A DNA stretch of 64,000 nucleotides, from positions 20,584,001 to 20,648,000 of the forward strand of contig OX597816.1 in the NCBI GenBank assembly GCA_951406725.2, in the 5' to 3' direction. Below are positions 62,749 to 64,000 of this stretch, piece by piece. The stretch comes from Octopus vulgaris. Taxonomy: Eukaryota. The notes beneath the pieces were generated by a model, which saw only the letters and a program-made list of their open reading frames with translations, was not told the DNA's origin and did no database searches. Made by a program: the position numbers and the translations under genes. Position 1 is the first letter of the stretch, and each line of letters starts with the position of its first letter.

Positions 62749-63143
62749 ATATATATATATATATATATATATACGGTTAAGTAATTGAGATTCTAGTGAA
62801 TTCTAAAGAATTCACATGAATATGGTCCTTAACTAGGATTCACCGGATATCTATATGGTGTTAGCCATACGACAAGTGGGGTGACTTTCCTCTACATGAT
62901 GTGGCAGTCACTTTGCCTCTTACTCAGATTTAAAGATGTCCTCGTACGAAACGATCGTACCGAGATTTTATATATATATATATATATATAAGGGTCTTTC
63001 CTTAATATTTTGTTGAATATATTATATAGTCTGTGACTATTTCTATTTTCTCACTTGACCGCTGGTTGCAGAAAATTTTTCTTGAAATTTTTTCTTGAAT
63101 TTTTTTGCTACCCTATATTGATAAATATATATATATACATATA

Positions 63144-63503
63144 CAGGGTGATTCAAAAGTCGCCATACATAGAAACAATTTATCTTTTTATAAGAAACAG
63201 TTTATAAGAACAGTTTCTTTCTTTTATTTAACAGGCTCTATGTGGTGTCCATTGTTTTGAATACACATTGCAATACATTTACCCATCTCATTGTAAACTG
63301 GTAATAGCACATCTGGTGATACGTGATGCATTCCTTCAACTGATTTAGGTCTTTTATCTTTCTGCAATACACCATGCCTTTCAAATGGCCCCAAAGGTAG
63401 AAATCAAGTGGGGTCAGATTAGGGTATCTAGGTGATCTTATAAACTGTCACTTATAAAAAAAATAAAATTTTTCCTATGTATGGAGGCTTTTGAATCACC
63501 CTG
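63144..63503 (-). mobile_element. Internally deleted Tc1/mariner-superfamily element (DD37D/maT-like)
   Basis: TA|CAGGGTGATTCAAAAG...CTTTTGAATCACCCTG|TA; minus-strand relic PNLTPLDFYLWGHLKGMVY...DLNQLKECI. Confidence 0.85.
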
Positions 63504-63589
63504 TATATATATATATATGCATATGCGTGTGTGTATGTGTATGTTCGTGTAAATATATATATATATATATATATATAAATGAATGTGTA

Positions 63590-63620
<31 letters not shown>

Positions 63621-63627
63621 GAATGTG

Positions 63628-63673
<46 letters not shown>

Positions 63674-63676
63674 AGT

Positions 63677-63709
<33 letters not shown>

Positions 63710-63728
63710 AATATATATATAAACGTGT

Positions 63729-63774
<46 letters not shown>

Positions 63775-64000
63775 GTGTATGTATGTATGTATGTCTCTGT
63801 GTGTGTAATGCATAAATAAGATAAAACTGCCTGGAGACAGTGTCTCTGCTGGAATTTTCAATGCAGTTTGAGACAATGGCAGACATGGTTACACAGAAAA
63901 CTGCCAGTGTTTTTCTAAAGAAGCAACCGTTTAATAGTACAAGTGACTTCGGTGATCTCAATGTTGTTTTCTTTTTCCTTGCTTGGCTTTAGGCTACTCA

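Overview
Eukaryotic, AT-rich window saturated with microsatellites and transposons. The SINE and RTE families look like those of octopus (coleoid cephalopod); this is recognition, not a database result. I can support no host protein-coding exon, rRNA, functional tRNA or CRISPR array, and nearly all ORFs in the track are translations of simple repeats. The real coding content is transposon-derived: (1) two near-identical, full-length (~4 kb) RLE-type non-LTR retrotransposons of the R4/Dong type inside (TAA)n tracts (41531-45503, 56596-60564), whose lesions are complementary; (2) 3' fragments of at least three other RLE families; (3) a 5'-truncated RTE LINE with a PHD-like finger inside its RT and about ten further RTE 3' tails ending in (GAT)n; (4) mariner/Tc1 relics and MITEs, non-autonomous Helitrons and three tRNA-headed SINE families. 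The least obvious signals are a dispersed ~270-bp non-coding element carrying minimal type I hammerhead ribozymes, a filled/empty site pair suggesting an RTE insertion created a (CAT)n microsatellite, and a very decayed RT relic with extreme strand-specific cytosine depletion (about 28.5-30.3 kb). Coordinates were read by eye; boundaries of old elements are approximate.
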